A DNA stretch of 64,000 nucleotides. Origin: Octopus vulgaris (taxonomy: Eukaryota). Positions 12,605 through 25,414 of this stretch are shown here, piece by piece (within the stretch, counting starts at the first letter, position 1; every line of letters starts with the position of its first letter). The notes beneath the pieces are model-generated. The model saw only the letters and a program-made list of their open reading frames with translations, was not told where the DNA came from and did no database searches. Both the position numbers and the translations under genes were made by a program. The stretch covers positions 21,762,001 through 21,826,000 of the forward strand of contig OX597825.1 in NCBI GenBank assembly GCA_951406725.2. The letters run 5' to 3'.

Positions 12605-13200
12605 GGCGCAGGCGTGGCTGTGTGGTAAGAAGCTTGTTTCCTAATCACATGGTTCTGGGTTCAGTCACGCTGCGTGGAACTTGGGGTAATGTTTTCTACT
12701 ATAGCCTCGGCCCGACCAAAGCCGTATGAGTGGATTTGGCAGACGGAAACTGGAAATATATGTATATATTTATGTGTGTGTGTGTGTGTGTGTTTGTCGC
12801 TTCAACTAACTATCGCTTGACAACCTATGCTGGTGTGTTTATGACCCTGTAACTTAGCGGTTCAGCTAAAAGAAACCGATAGGAGAAGTACTAGGTTTGC
12901 AAAGAACGAGTTCTGGGATCGATGTGTTCAACTAAATGCGTTGTTCCAGCATGGCCGCAGTCAAATGACTGAAAGAAGGAAAAGAAAAGAATAAAAGAAT
13001 ATATATATTAGAACGAATAAGGAAATATCTACACAAATTTTTCTACTATAACTTCGGGCCGACCAAAGTCTTGTGAGTGGATTTGGCAGACGGAAACTAT
13101 AAGCTGCCCGTCGTGTATGTGCATATATATATTTATGTACGTGTGTGTATATGTTTGTGTATCTGTGTTTGTCCCCCGCCGACATCGCTTGACAACGGAT
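12605..13200 (+). mobile_element. SINE family B: full copy (12605-12990) plus partial copy (13040-13200)
   Basis: GGCGCAGGCGTGGCTGTGTGGTAAG head, GAGTGGATTTGGCAGACGGAAACT body, internal (TG)n, CCAGCATGGCCGCAGTCAAATGACTGAAA tail. Confidence 0.9.
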
Positions 13201-13267
13201 GCTTTTTCATACCTTTAATTTTTACCACTGATCTAAATGCAATCTCAATACCACACAGTACATATAC

Positions 13268-13500
13268 CTATTTCTTTACTACCCACAAAGGGCTAAACAC
13301 AGAGAGGACAAACAAGGACAGACAAACGGATTAAGTCGATTACATCGACCCCAGTGCGTAACTGTTATTTATTTAATCGACCCCGAAAGGATGAAAGGCA
13401 AAGTCGACATCGGCGGAATTTGAACTCAGAACGCAAAGACAGGCGAAATACCACTAAGCATTTCGCCCAACGTGCTAACGTTTCTGCCAGGTCACCACCT
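13268..13500 (-). mobile_element. SINE family A
   Basis: Reverse complement of the full family A consensus. CCACAGTACATATACC occurs on both sides (probable TSD). Confidence 0.9.
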
Positions 13501-13629
13501 TCCACAGTACATATACCGAACACCCCTTAGGTGTTCTCCATAAACCTAATGCCTTCTCGATATCTTAATTTATATTCTCTCCAATTTTTCATTTTAATAT
13601 TTTGTTTAATGATAGATATATAACATATT

Positions 13630-13672
<43 letters not shown>

Positions 13673-13676
13673 AGAG

Positions 13677-14174
13677 CATTAATAAATCTCCGAACGAGAT
13701 GTAAACAGTAACCGCTCGACAACGTAAAGTGTAGTAGCCATCTGAATGTGGCTAGCCACTGGGGTGGGTGTTACTGATGCTTTTAGCCCCAGGAGATCGT
13801 CGTCTCCAGCTGGCTTTAGACACACTTTCTGTGCCCTTCTGATATTTGCAAAGAGAGGTCATCCCCTCTCGAAAACCTAAGTGATACATACGGACTATAG
13901 TTTCGGAGGTTTTGCCCTCGTCAACGTATGGTAAACACCGGTTTTCGAAAACCGGTGTTTACCATACGTTGACGAGAGGCAAAAACCTCGAAACTATAGT
14001 CCGTATGTATCACTTAGGTTTTCGAGAGGGGATGACCTCTCTTTGCAAATATCAGAAGGGCACAGAAATTGTGTCTAAAGCCAGCTGGAGACGACGATCT
14101 CCTGGGGCTAAAAGCTTCAGTAACACCCACCCCCAGTGGCTAGCCACATTCAGATGGCTACTACACTTTACGTT
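13677..14174. mobile_element. Retroelement 3'-end insertion forming a 454-bp near-perfect palindrome (13721-14174), flanked by a 12-bp TSD
   Basis: Arms 13721-13946 and 13947-14174 with no loop (centre CCGGTTTTC|GAAAACCGG) and few mismatches. ATATAGGGAGAG at 13665-13676 and 14175-14186. Homologous to the insertion at 21102-21279. Confidence 0.85.
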
Positions 14175-14340
14175 ATATAGGGAGAGTTTACGAAAAAAAC
14201 AAAAGACGAGGACTGGTGGTATACAAAACAAACATGTATTAGTATAACGCTCAGCAATAGAAAAAGGCTTCTACGTTTCGAGCCTACGCTCTTCTACAGA
14301 AAGGGACACAGAAAAAACAATGAGAGAAACAAGGAGAGAA
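14175..14340 (-). mobile_element. Penelope-type terminal repeat with variant hammerhead (14268-14303)
   Basis: Minus strand: CTTT CTGTAGA A GAGC GTAG GCTC GAAAC GTA GAAG. Same family as 5022-5185 and 31800-31950. Confidence 0.65.
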
Positions 14341-15039
14341 TATATATACATGTATGCGTATGTGTATAGAAACATAAGTATGTCGGCCTGTATAATAGTG
14401 CATATATACATTTATATATATATGCATGCGCTAGTCCGTATATCTATATAATATAATTATTTCCCTCACTGATTCATTAGCCCCCATTATCACTTTAGCC
14501 TTACAATAAATACCTACTTCTATTTTTCGAAACTTGACCATTATATCATCCTTTCCTTTATCAGGTTTACTACTCACTTTTAATACAGCCGCCGTACCAT
14601 TTTCTTTACCCATCTCTCAAGGTTATTGTCTTTGAAACATATCAGTCTATCTCCCACTTCCCGCACATATTCCTTCCTTACGTTCTTATCTCTTCCTTCT
14701 ACCCCTTCCCCTATTCCTTTTATTTACTGACAACTCTCCTTTCACCACATCCTCACAATATCTTGACCACCATCTAGCAGTGCGCTTTGCATTTTCTCTT
14801 CTTTCTTTCTTTCTTCTTTCCTCCCCTGTTCCTTTTAATCAATACCTTTCTCCTCCTTCTAAAATACATATCTATTCCCTTCACTCTATCTACTTACCCC
14901 TACCAATACTTGTGTAAAATTTCATTCACACTGCAAGACCCGTTTGAATGAGCAGCACATAGAATTAATGTCTCCACAGTATCCATACGTGATGACAAAA
15001 GATGAACTCCTATAGGAATTTACAAACAAGGGACAGGAG

Positions 15040-15330
15040 GCCTGTCTACCCAATCTACACTGCATTTTCCTTGGATAATCAAACTGCAACGGGTAACATC
15101 CAACACATACTTTTATCGTTATTATCTATTTCCATTTATACTGGCTATATCTGTCCCTTTCCAAAATGACTTCTTATATTGAACTCTACTATCTCCCTCT
15201 ATTTAAATCTCTCCTATCGTCTCTGGTGAAGGGTTGTCCCTCATATTCTTGAAGCAGCTGTAAGACTACTTTTCTCTTTATAAATGTCCTAGAAATTTGA
15301 CACTGCCTTGGCTTTTTTGTCTCATTTTAT
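15040..15330 (+). mobile_element. Penelope-type terminus, second family, with degenerate hammerhead (15219-15266)
   Basis: GTCT CTGGTGA AGGG...CTT GAAG CAGCTG TA AGAC. Flanks closely match 57560-57730. Confidence 0.6.
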
Positions 15331-15355
15331 TTAACACACATACACACACATTCAG

Positions 15356-15417
<62 letters not shown>

Positions 15418-16304
15418 CGCTCTTTGTTAGAGAGGGAACGGTATTCTTAATATTCTTATTCTTGTATACACATTATTGAATAATAGGTTCTTGATTCATT
15501 AAACTTTGTCAAACCACCGCACCGAAAATGAAATTCTAGTATAAAAGAATATTCCACGGAAAAAAAATTTAAAATACACAAAATGTGCAGAGAAATAAAC
15601 GTTTGTATTTTTGGTTTTCTTTACCCTTCGTTTCTTAAAGATGGCATATAAACTTGATGTATTCCATCCTAAAGATTGTCTCCCTAATCCTTGTTTTATT
15701 TGTCAAGACAATACGTCTTTAACACATGGCATTTAATGTAAATATCTTATGCTTTCTTTCGTATTTTTGCAAAAGAATTCGCAAATTCCTTGTGAAAATC
15801 AATTGGAAAGCGATCACGCACGGACGGATAAACCCACGCACGGAGATACATCGTAGGCATTCAATAATGTGTAATCAGTCAAGTTTGTGTTTTTCAATTC
15901 TATCAGAATACAGAACAGCGTGGATATAATCCTAGGCTGCTGGGTGTGATAAGAACTGTCGAGTATTGGACTAAATACGACGGTGATATTTAAATTTATC
16001 CGACGTCCATCTAATAACGAGATCAAATTGGTTTTTCAGATTTCGGAATCAATAGAAGATATTTGAATATTATCTCACTATATCCTTTCAAATAATATCC
16101 TGTAACACATACCTGTCTAGCATTTATCGCTTGGTCTCTTTCTTTGCATTGAACAGATAAGAGCAATTCGTTTTCTGAAAAGGCAGGGCATCAGTTCTAT
16201 CCACCACAGCTGACTTCATGATCGAAGACAAACTATAAATAAGTTCCCTAAGTTAACTGTTCTACCCAAGCGACACTTTCGACCATCATTCATATTATTC
16301 CTGC

Positions 16305-16805
16305 AGGCCGGACAGAATGCTTTATGTCATTTCGTCCATCTTTACGTTCAAATTCCGCCGCGGTCGATTTGCCTTTCATCCTTTAATTGACGGTAAAATA
16401 AGTACCAGTTGAGTGTCATTTCGTCCGTCTTCATGTTTTGAGTTCAAATTTGGCCGTGGTAGACTTTACCTTTCTCCATTTCGTAGTCGATAAAATAAGC
16501 AACATTTGAGTAGGGAAGTCGAGATAATGGACTATTCTCGTCCCACAAATGTCAGGCCTTGTTCCTGTAGCAGAAACAATAATTATTATTCTTAATGCGG
16601 CGAGTTGGTTGAACGGTTAGCACGCTGGGTGAAATACTTATCAGTGTTTCGTCCGTCTTTACATCCCGAGTTCAAATTCTGTCGAGGCCGGCTTTGCTTT
16701 TCATCATTTCGAGTTAGGTAAAATAAGTACCAGTTAAGCACTGGTGTTGATGAAATCGTCTGCCCCTCCAAAAATATTTCAGGCTATCTGCCTTTAATGC
16801 AAAGG
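16305..16805 (+). mobile_element. Cluster of three diverged SINE family A copies
   Basis: Three occurrences of GTTCAAATT...TTTGCCTTTCAT...AAAATAAGTACC-like sequence. Confidence 0.8.
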
Positions 16806-16809
16806 ATCA

Positions 16810-17985
16810 TTGTTATTATTATAATTATTAGGTTTTCTTCTTTCAGTTTTGTTCCCATTTCTTGCCAATATTGTTTCATACAACTGGGACAAAGAAACTC
16901 ATTGTTTACATTGATAAGCCATTAAACTAAACGCCCCGGATTTTTCATCTTCAAAATGAAATGATGTTATATGGGAAAAAAAACACATGGATAGTAATTG
17001 TACTCTCAGCAACAATGCGTTTCTCAGTATGTGTGAAGTACTTGTTAATGCAGCCATTTGCAATTTTTGTATGGATAGTAAGCCAAGGATCATTCTCAAA
17101 TAATTTTTCTTTTTTGATCATCTCAAGTGATCGTGCAAACACTGGTATTTTAACTGCCTTGAGATGCCATATTCTTTTCATTTCAATGAGCAAATATTTA
17201 TATATTTCTGAGCTAATCAAATTCTTTTGCCGTGATCTTATGATCACAATGAATACTCATGTGGATCAATAAACAAACTTTATTGTTTGGGTCTTTCATA
17301 ACAATATCCGGTATATTAGCCTTGACTGCTTAGTGTGTGTTGGTAGCTGAAAGTCCCAAAGATTCGTTACATTTTCTCCCTCAGGGTGATGATTATACCA
17401 CTTCTCGACGCTATTGATTCTATAATGCCGACATACTCACCTGTGTTGATATTGGTTAGCTCTCTCATGTCTTGCTATATATTTTACTAGTGCTAAAATG
17501 TTACATCCAGAGATCAGGTGGTCCTCTTTTTATACCTCATAATCGCAGACTCGGCACTTTGGATCTATTCCATTTTTCATCACATTGGCTTGGTAGTTCC
17601 GGGTGAATAAGCTCTGATCTTGAGCAACTAAGATGAAACCATCGCTCTCTGCCTTTATCGCTCATCTATGTAGCCACTGATGGGTGTGCTGCTGGTCAAC
17701 ATCAGCTTGTTTGCAACGGCCACATATTTGTTATGCAGACGTTTCGGCTCCCACCTACCATTCAATTTTCCAACTGCTTTTTTTTCTTGCCATTAATTTC
17801 AATTTCTTTGTAACAACAGTTGCTGCACTTCTCTCAGGCTGTTCAGTCTGGGTGTCATGTATGAAATCAATAGCAAAGTTTTTGCTCTTTTTTATGTCAG
17901 AATGAAGCTTCTTACGCCTCTCGGGATTTTCAACGCGTGTTTGAGCGTCCAATTTTTAGATGTTTCAAGATATTTGGCAACTCCA
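16810..17985 (-). mobile_element. 5'-truncated R4/Dong-like non-LTR retrotransposon (zinc knuckle plus RLE endonuclease), disrupted
   Basis: Minus-strand translation gives IKAESDGFILVAQDQSLFTRNYQANVMKNGIDPKCRVC, DHLISGC, RH, KWYNHHP, LWDF, LLIEMKRIWHLKAVKIPV and LTSTSHILRNAL, with stops and frameshifts. The 3' end runs into a TAA-like tail near 16810-16830. Confidence 0.85.
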
Positions 17986-20892
17986 ATTGTGGTGTAAGAA
18001 AAAAAGTAGGTTTTCCCGTAAGCGTATACATGTATGTATGTATGTATGTATGTATGTACAATCAGGAAACTGTCAATATCACAGACGTAGAGAAAGGGAG
18101 AGAAAGAGAGAGAGAGAGGGAGTGAGAAAGAAAGAACGAAAGAAAGAGAGGAAGAAAGAAGTAAAGAAACAAAAAAGAACGAGAATATAAATACAAACTG
18201 CTGTTGCGTGTTTGTATCTAATCGACAGAAAACTGATTGGTGTTATAAGATATGAGAAGCAAATTCTAGTGTCAGGAGTCGTACTAAATCTCGCGTTGGC
18301 ACTGTTATATTTCCATTGATACCGTAAACTTTGTCATATCGTTATTTCATAAGATGCTTGCCGCTCATTTACTAAGATAGATGTGATATCAAAACGAAGG
18401 TCATGTTGAAGGTAAAAATGATACGGGAGCTCACAGGCAAGTAGCGTCGGTGCTTCTGATGACCCTTGACAAGATGGACGCAATTATACTTAATGATTTT
18501 TAAACGCAATGGCTCGTTGAATATGTAACACAATAATACATACGTTTCTAATCTAATTTGATTGTTTGATTTTACCGGTCGGATCTCATAAGGAATCATA
18601 ACTATGATTACAGAATTCATATCAACGTTCAAGGTTGTTTGATATCATATTTTATATCAGTAGTTAGCGTTATTAAGCTTTCCCATTATGTCACTTGTGA
18701 AAGTGCGAGTGTGTTTGTGTATGTGTGTGTGTGTTTGTGTGTGTGTGTTTGTGTGTTTGGGTATGTGTTTGTGTGTGTGGTGTGTGTGTGTGTGTGTGTG
18801 TGTTTGTATGTGTGTGTGTGTGCGTGTGTGTGTGTGTGAAAAGTTTTCAGCTTTGTTTCTTATTCCCAACTTGTGGAAATTTTCTGTCATTTGCATTGCT
18901 AAAGAACGTAGTTTCAATCTTTGCGGACGACCATTAAAACAAAACATCATATGAAACCTAATGTAATTAATTATAAGGAAATTCGACTCATTTTCAACAT
19001 CCATTCTCTTAACGTAATAAGTCCGAAGCTATCACAAAATGAGTGTCCGCTGATCATAGGTGTAACAAATGATTTAAAGTTAGTGCGAATGGCCGGATAT
19101 GTGACCAGCCAGAAATGGGTCAGTTAGTTAATGTCCCGTTCAACAATCCCTCTATGATGCCCACTGATGAAATAATAGTAAAACATCACTTCAACCATAT
19201 CAACGTCTACATATCAGCTGCTCCACATCATTTTGCGTTTAAATGTCATTTACTCTTGTTGGTTCTTTCTCGAGTTAGCTATTTATAACATCGTTGATAT
19301 CAACCACTAATAATAAAAGCATTACTACATCCCTAAGGGAATATCAGTAGGAAAAACTGAAAGAATTTTACAATCGTTTCTCAAAATAATCATTTTGATT
19401 CTATATCTTCAAAGGAGTTTATGAATAATAATTATCTTACATCATATCAGCCTTTGAAATTTGAGTTCAATTCTGGAAGCGAATTTCCTCCTGTACATGA
19501 ACGTTTATCATCTTCCATTTAAGGCTTTCCAAACTGTACGACAAACAAATTATGAACTGCTAGTCTATGTGGTGTTACATCCCTACCCATAGGGACTGAG
19601 ATTGTTTTTATCGCTAAGATATTCTTTATTTTTGCTACTATTTTTCATAACATAGATTATCGAATAGTTCCGAAATCACTTTTTAGGAATCTCTTAGATA
19701 TATTAGCCATAAGGTTCGTCTTTTGTTAGATACATGCTTATTTGTTATTTCTCTCATTATTATTTACCATATAAACGTTTCGTTTTCAGCGTTCTCTCAC
19801 GTATGGCCATCTATCCACTTTCCCTAACTCTCGATCGATCTTCTACAGATGTTGCCATTGGCACAATATAATCTTCTGATTTGATGCTATTCCTGACAAA
19901 ATAAATTCAACTCTGTTTTATTGACACAAATATTATCACTTTTCAGAACACCGGATTATTTTAAATTTGAGGAGATACACATTTTGTTTTTAATTAGCGA
20001 TTTAGATGCCCCTTAATATCAGATACAACTCTGTTTGCTTTGTCATTGTATTTCTTTCGTATTCATCTCGCTCTCTCTCTCATTTTTTAATTTCATTTGT
20101 GTATTTCTCGTATTTGATTTCATATTGAATTGCGCGATCTTTCAAAGTATATCGAATCTTAGTACAGATGTTTATTTTCTACATTGATTACTTGGATGTA
20201 TATGAAAAGTTTTGGAGAAAGTAAAACGCTTTTATTCATCACTGCTATGACTGTAGCATAGTGTTAACGCTCTGCATTAGGCAAACAAATTAATCGCTTA
20301 CGGCCCTAAAAGCTGAAGCCTACTTAAACGACATAAAAAATGTAATAACATTTTTTTTGTCCTTAGATTTAGTATGCATAACTGTCGACAAAGAATTGCT
20401 GTAGTTATTCGAACAATGTTTTAGCACTAGCTGCAATATAGTGTACAATAGAGTATATAGTACTTAATATTGTCCAGTAGAAAATTATAAGCTACCACTT
20501 TCGGTTATATTCAGCAGAAGTTTTCCCCAGAAGTATTTTAAAAGCCTCAAATCAAAAGCCATAATTAGGAGGTTGCCATGCTTGCAAGACTATTCTACGG
20601 TGCTGATTACCTGCTTTCAGCAATTGTTGTATAAATGTTCTCAGAGTAATGATGAAATTCGTTTTCAGTAAATTTGCGTGGATTCATGAGCTGATTGACA
20701 AGGTCAAAACACGTGAAAGCAGAAGTAGAAGCCATTATATTTAAAAGTGTTGGTATAACGTCCACTGTATGTAAGTGCTAATACTGCCATGACTGTGAAT
20801 GTATTCCTTTTTGGCCAAGAGTGGTCAACCAGATATAAAGGAGTAAATTGTTTTCTTCGCATATCCACATATTCAGTTTTTCGCTAGGTATA

Positions 20893-21035
20893 AGGCCCAA
20901 AATTTTGGAGAAGGGAGCCAGACGATTAGATCGATCTTCGTACGCAACTGGTACTTAATTTATCTCCCCCGAAAATTATGAAAAGCAAAGTCGACCTCGG
21001 CGGAATTTGAACGCAGAATGAAAAGACAAACGAAA
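20893..21035 (-). mobile_element. SINE family A, partial
   Basis: CTGGTACTTAATTTATC...GCAAAGTCGACCTCGGCGGAATTTGAAC. Confidence 0.8.
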
Positions 21036-21101
21036 CAAATTTAATTAATCGATGTAATTTGAAAAAAAAAATGCAATTGAAAATAAAGCAATTCTAAAAT
21101 T

Positions 21102-21279
21102 GTGAGGTATACTTGCCATCTCAATATGCCTAACCACTAAGGGTGGGTGTTACTGTAGCTTGTAGCCCCAGGAGAAGCTACAGTAAACCCACCCTTAGTG
21201 GTTAGCCATGTTGAGATGGCAAGTATACCTCACATTGTCGTGCAGTTACTGTTTATATCTCGTTCAGAGATTTATTATT
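21102..21279 (+). mobile_element. Second fold-back insertion of the same retroelement 3' end (hairpin 21101-21234), 14-bp TSD
   Basis: Arms 21101-21161 and 21175-21234 with a 13-nt spacer. Ends CTCGTTCAGAGATTTATTATT. GCAATTCTAAAATT at 21088-21101 and 21280-21293. Confidence 0.85.
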
Positions 21280-22907
21280 GCAATTCTAAAATTATTTCTC
21301 TATTTTCTCCTTTATTCATTAACCCGTTCTTTCTGTCATTTCATTGTTTTCCCTTCTCGCTTTCCCCCCACTCTCCCACACTCTGTATTCTGTCTATTTC
21401 AAATTGCTCAATATTGTTTAAAATCTACAACCTCTCTCTCCTATAATTGTAATAGAGATCGTAAGATTTAAGTTCTAAAGCCATAGAGACTTAAGAGTTG
21501 ATATAAAAGGTTCTTTTACTTTATCATGTATCTGTTATGTATATATATCCCTGAAGTTATTTCTCTAAATAGAAATTAAAACAGCAGTAGCAATAAAAAA
21601 CATTAATCAATTAGACAATCTACCCCGCCACCAAAATAGAAGATAGAGAGAGAAAAAAAAAGAAAAAAAGTCTAAAAAGTATAGATGAAAATCAAAGAAA
21701 ATATATGCGCCATTTTCTGGATTGACATGTGAATTGATCTCTGATTTAGGTTTCCCAGTAAAGAAATACTTGATTTCTTCTTTGAAGATTACTACATTGA
21801 TCCAGCGATTATTAATCAAATAGCAGAGACGGTAACTGTCACATATTTGTATAATATAAAACGCAAAAGACTTTCGATTTTAAAGTTTTCAAAATCTTCT
21901 TGCACGAAAAAGAGTCCTGCCAATAGTCAAGAGGGCACGTTATTTGGAGTATATAAGTATTAATTTTGGTTTACAAGCTTAATTCTAATTTCATTGCTAT
22001 CGAATATAATCAGATTATTGATTTTGTTTGAAATATTCACATTACATCTATTATCATTAAATTTATACGGCTTCAAATTTCCAAAGAAGTTGTTTCCGAC
22101 TTTAAATAAATTCTATAGCATGTACATATATATGTGTGTGTTGTGTGTTTGTGCGAGCGTGTGTGTGTATGTATATATTTATACATATGCATATATTATA
22201 CATATAAATATACATCTACCCAATTCTGTGAGAGATAAATATAATTTAATGTTAAGAAGAATTAAAGTTTCTAGCTATGAAAGCACGAGTGGTTAGGCAC
22301 ATTATTATAACGTGAGTTGTGTCTTCAAACAGTCAACGATATAAAGGCTTGGAGCACATGGTCTTGTTGAGGTATTAAATATGATAATCTGGGATGTCAA
22401 ACCTTAACAGGTGAGAACTATTTTATAAAGGGCAAATGTCTAAGAGGCCTAATATATTATATATTTCTACGGTGAAACCGAATTATTGCCAGCGGAGCTA
22501 AGGAGTTATATATTTACGTTGGTAAAGTTTAAACTTTATTAGCGTATGTTCAATATCCAAGTGTAAATTACGAATAGCTAACACATAGGAACTATTTAAC
22601 TTGAAGGTGTTAACACCAATGGGAAAATAAGTATTTTCGCAGATAGCAGAATGTGTGAATATGTTTCAATATATTATCTATCACTAAGCTTGAATTAAGA
22701 TATGTTTAATACGGTGGAGAATTATTCAATTACATTGATGTAGGTAGTAGAGTATCTGGATACGGCTTTATACATTATCAAATAAGGTAAGATTAATTAT
22801 GAGTAAGATTAAATTATAGATAATTATGCTTAACTACGGTAGAAAATTAGAAAGGTAGCGAACATGAGCGATTTAGATATAAGTACTACTGGCAAATATG
22901 GGTATAC

Positions 22908-23314
22908 TCTTTTACTCTTTACTCTTTTACTTGTTTAAGTCATTTGACTGCGGCCATGCTGTAGCACCGCCTTTAGTCGAGCAAATCGATCCCGGGACTT
23001 ATTCTTTGTAAGCCCAGTACTTATTCTATCGGTCTCTTTTGCCGAACCGCTAAGTGACGGGGACGTAAACACACCAGCATCGGTTGTCAAGCAATGCTAG
23101 GGGGGACAAACACAGACACACAAACACACACATATATATATAGATATATACGACGGGCCTCTTTCAGTTTCCGTCTACCAAATCCACTCACAAAGCATTG
23201 GTCGGCCCGAGGCTATAGCAGAAGACACTTGCCCAAGATGCCACGCAGTGGGACTGAACCCGGAACCATGTGGTTGGTTAGCAAGCTACTTACCCCACAG
23301 CCACTCCTGCGCCT
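22908..23314 (-). mobile_element. SINE family B, full length
   Basis: Complete reverse-complement consensus from the GGCGCAGGAGTGGCTGTG head to a (GAGTAAAA)n tail. Confidence 0.92.
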
Positions 23315-23488
23315 ATATTTTATTTTATTTATTTTATTTTATTTTATTTTATTTAGTTTCAGCTCACAAGCTGTGGCCATGCTGGGGCACCGGCATTAAG
23401 AAGTTTTCCAGTATACATATAACATACATGTATATTATATATGCATTATATTACATATATTACATATATATATATATATATGTATATA

Positions 23489-23790
23489 TCTTTATGTATA
23501 AAAGTGAAGTTGTGTGAGTGTCTGTCTCCTACGATTTAGATTCCTAACTACTCCCACAGTTTGCGGTGCAGTTTAACCAAAAGAGGGTATCTTATAGTCG
23601 TGATTTATATCGAGCCCTTCTGGGTATTAGCGCGCGTCAACAAGGAGTCTATGATTTAGAAAAAAAATTACCATCATTTTTTCCCATTTTTAATGCATTT
23701 TTTGCTATTATATAAGGGAAGTAACTCTCTAAAAATGCTTATATAGTTATTTCCCTTACAAACACGAGCAACGCCGGGCGATACTGCTAG
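23489..23790 (+). mobile_element. Non-autonomous Helitron-like element
   Basis: 5' TC (A|TCTTTATGTATAAAA). 3' GC-rich imperfect hairpin CACGAGCAACGCCGGG followed by CTAG|T. Inserted between A and T. Confidence 0.7.
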
Positions 23791-24108
23791 TATATATATA
23801 AAGTATATCAGTCATAGGATAATGGAATTACTATTTTTTTTTTCATTTAGTTTCTTGAGTCGTTTTGTAATCTATAAGCTATAACGGCCAGGTTGTAAAA
23901 AGCTACTTATAGCTGTGTATAAGTGGACATCACACATTCTAAGCTCCATGATTTTATGTTTATGCTAAATATATCAACTTCTCATATACAGTACACTTTC
24001 TGTGTTGCACACCCCATCAAACGCGCGCGCACACACACACACTCACGAGTATGCATGCGTACAAAAACAGGTATGCAATAGGTGTACGTACTTGTGTGTG
24101 TGTGTGTG

Positions 24109-24267
24109 TCCTTTATATATATATATATATTCAGCAAAATGTTTACCAATTTCAACGGATTTCGCTCAGATTTGACGTCGATGTTACTTAGTTGGGTTTG
24201 AAATAAAGTGCTTGATTAGCTTAATAATCCTAACTCAATCCCGGGCAAAGCCGGGCTATACTGCTAG
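24109..24267 (+). mobile_element. Short Helitron-like element
   Basis: 3' hairpin CCCGGGCAAAGCCGGG plus ATACTGCTAG|T, the same end type as at 23790. 5' boundary uncertain. Confidence 0.6.
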
Positions 24268-24891
24268 TATTGTAGTAAAAGAAGACCTGATCGGTTTGTT
24301 ACAGCTGTAAAGACCATCTGGACACGAAGCCTATTTCATAAACTCTTTAGCATTTACTTTCTGTCCTTATGTTGAAACTGACGATGTCTGGCCTTTCCCA
24401 CCACCCGTACAATTTCATTGTAGAAATAAATAGTCACATTATCAAAATGTCAAAGGTATGAAAAAATGAATGACAAATTCAAAACCATGTAGATAAATAA
24501 GGATTTCATTGGACGACAAAATGGGGGGTTACTCTGTAGTCAAGATACTTCACAAAGTATATTGAGAGAAACGCATCAGTCCTTAATGCTTTCTGTCAAT
24601 CGACATGTTTGGTATTTGTAGGCTACTATGAAATTCTCCTTTGTGATCCTTTATGTTACCTGTTTGATGCAAAAACATTACAGCGCGCTGGCTAAAACAC
24701 CCCGCCTTTATTGGATGCATGTGAACCTAGTGCTGTAATTCAACGAAAATATCGTCAATGCTACATTATTAAAGCAGTGTATAATGGCGTACCGGTTCTG
24801 TTATCTACTATCTATTTCCAAAAAACATTTGGTACTGGAACGTTTTATGTCCTTCGTATATTAGAAATTGTGATAACATAGGAATTCCAGA

Positions 24892-25100
24892 GGTGGCGAG
24901 CTGGCAAAATCGTTAACACACCGGGCAAAATGCTTAGCAGCATTTCGTCCATCTTACGTTATGAGATCAAATTCTACCGATGTCGACTTTGGCTTTCAAC
25001 TTTTCGGGGCCTACAGAATAAGTACCAGCTGATAACTCGCGTTGCTATAATCAGCTTGTCTCTTCCTTCGAATTTGCTGCCGTGTGTCAAAATTTGAAAC
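24892..25100 (+). mobile_element. SINE family A, diverged
   Basis: GGTGGCGAGCTGGCAAAATCGTTAAC...GTCGACTTTGGCTTTCA. Confidence 0.8.
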
Positions 25101-25280
25101 CAATATATAAAAATCTATCTCACTTGCAATTTTATAAATATAAATTAATTCGTATAAAATAAATACATAATAACTGCGTTTCTGTTATGAGGCTGCCATC
25201 TTATTTTCAATGTATTAATGTATATACAATTCCATATATTTATGTAATATTATAAGCAAGCATTACATTTCTTTTTGCAG

Positions 25281-25414
25281 ATGTGTAAATCTAAAATATC
25301 TAGAAATCGCATGTACAATTACGCTGTCGGAACAAAAGAGCATTCTAACATTGGGAATGTGTGGTTTCCGTATTTGAATAAATACGTCCTCAGTGTATCG
25401 TACAAAGGATTGAA
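25281..25414 (+). CDS. Internal exon B of the MRH-domain gene: MCKSKISRNRMYNYAVGTKEHSNIGNVWFPYLNKYVLSVSYKGL(K)
   Basis: Acceptor TTTCTTTTTGCAG; donor GTGAGT at 25415. 134 nt (44 codons + 2 nt), open. Starts in phase 0 and ends in phase 2, bridging exons A and C exactly. Pattern xC...Y-x-x-G...L-x-V-x-Y-x-G fits MRH strands. Confidence 0.8.

Noticed and set aside
13912-14247. 111-aa ORF across the palindrome
   Set aside because: It crosses the palindrome centre and the TSD into an unrelated repeat; no recognisable protein motif.
24628-24738. Short ORF MKFSFVILYVTCLMQKHYSALAK... resembling a signal peptide
   Set aside because: It stops after 36 codons without a convincing donor and lies downstream of exon A, so it cannot start this gene.
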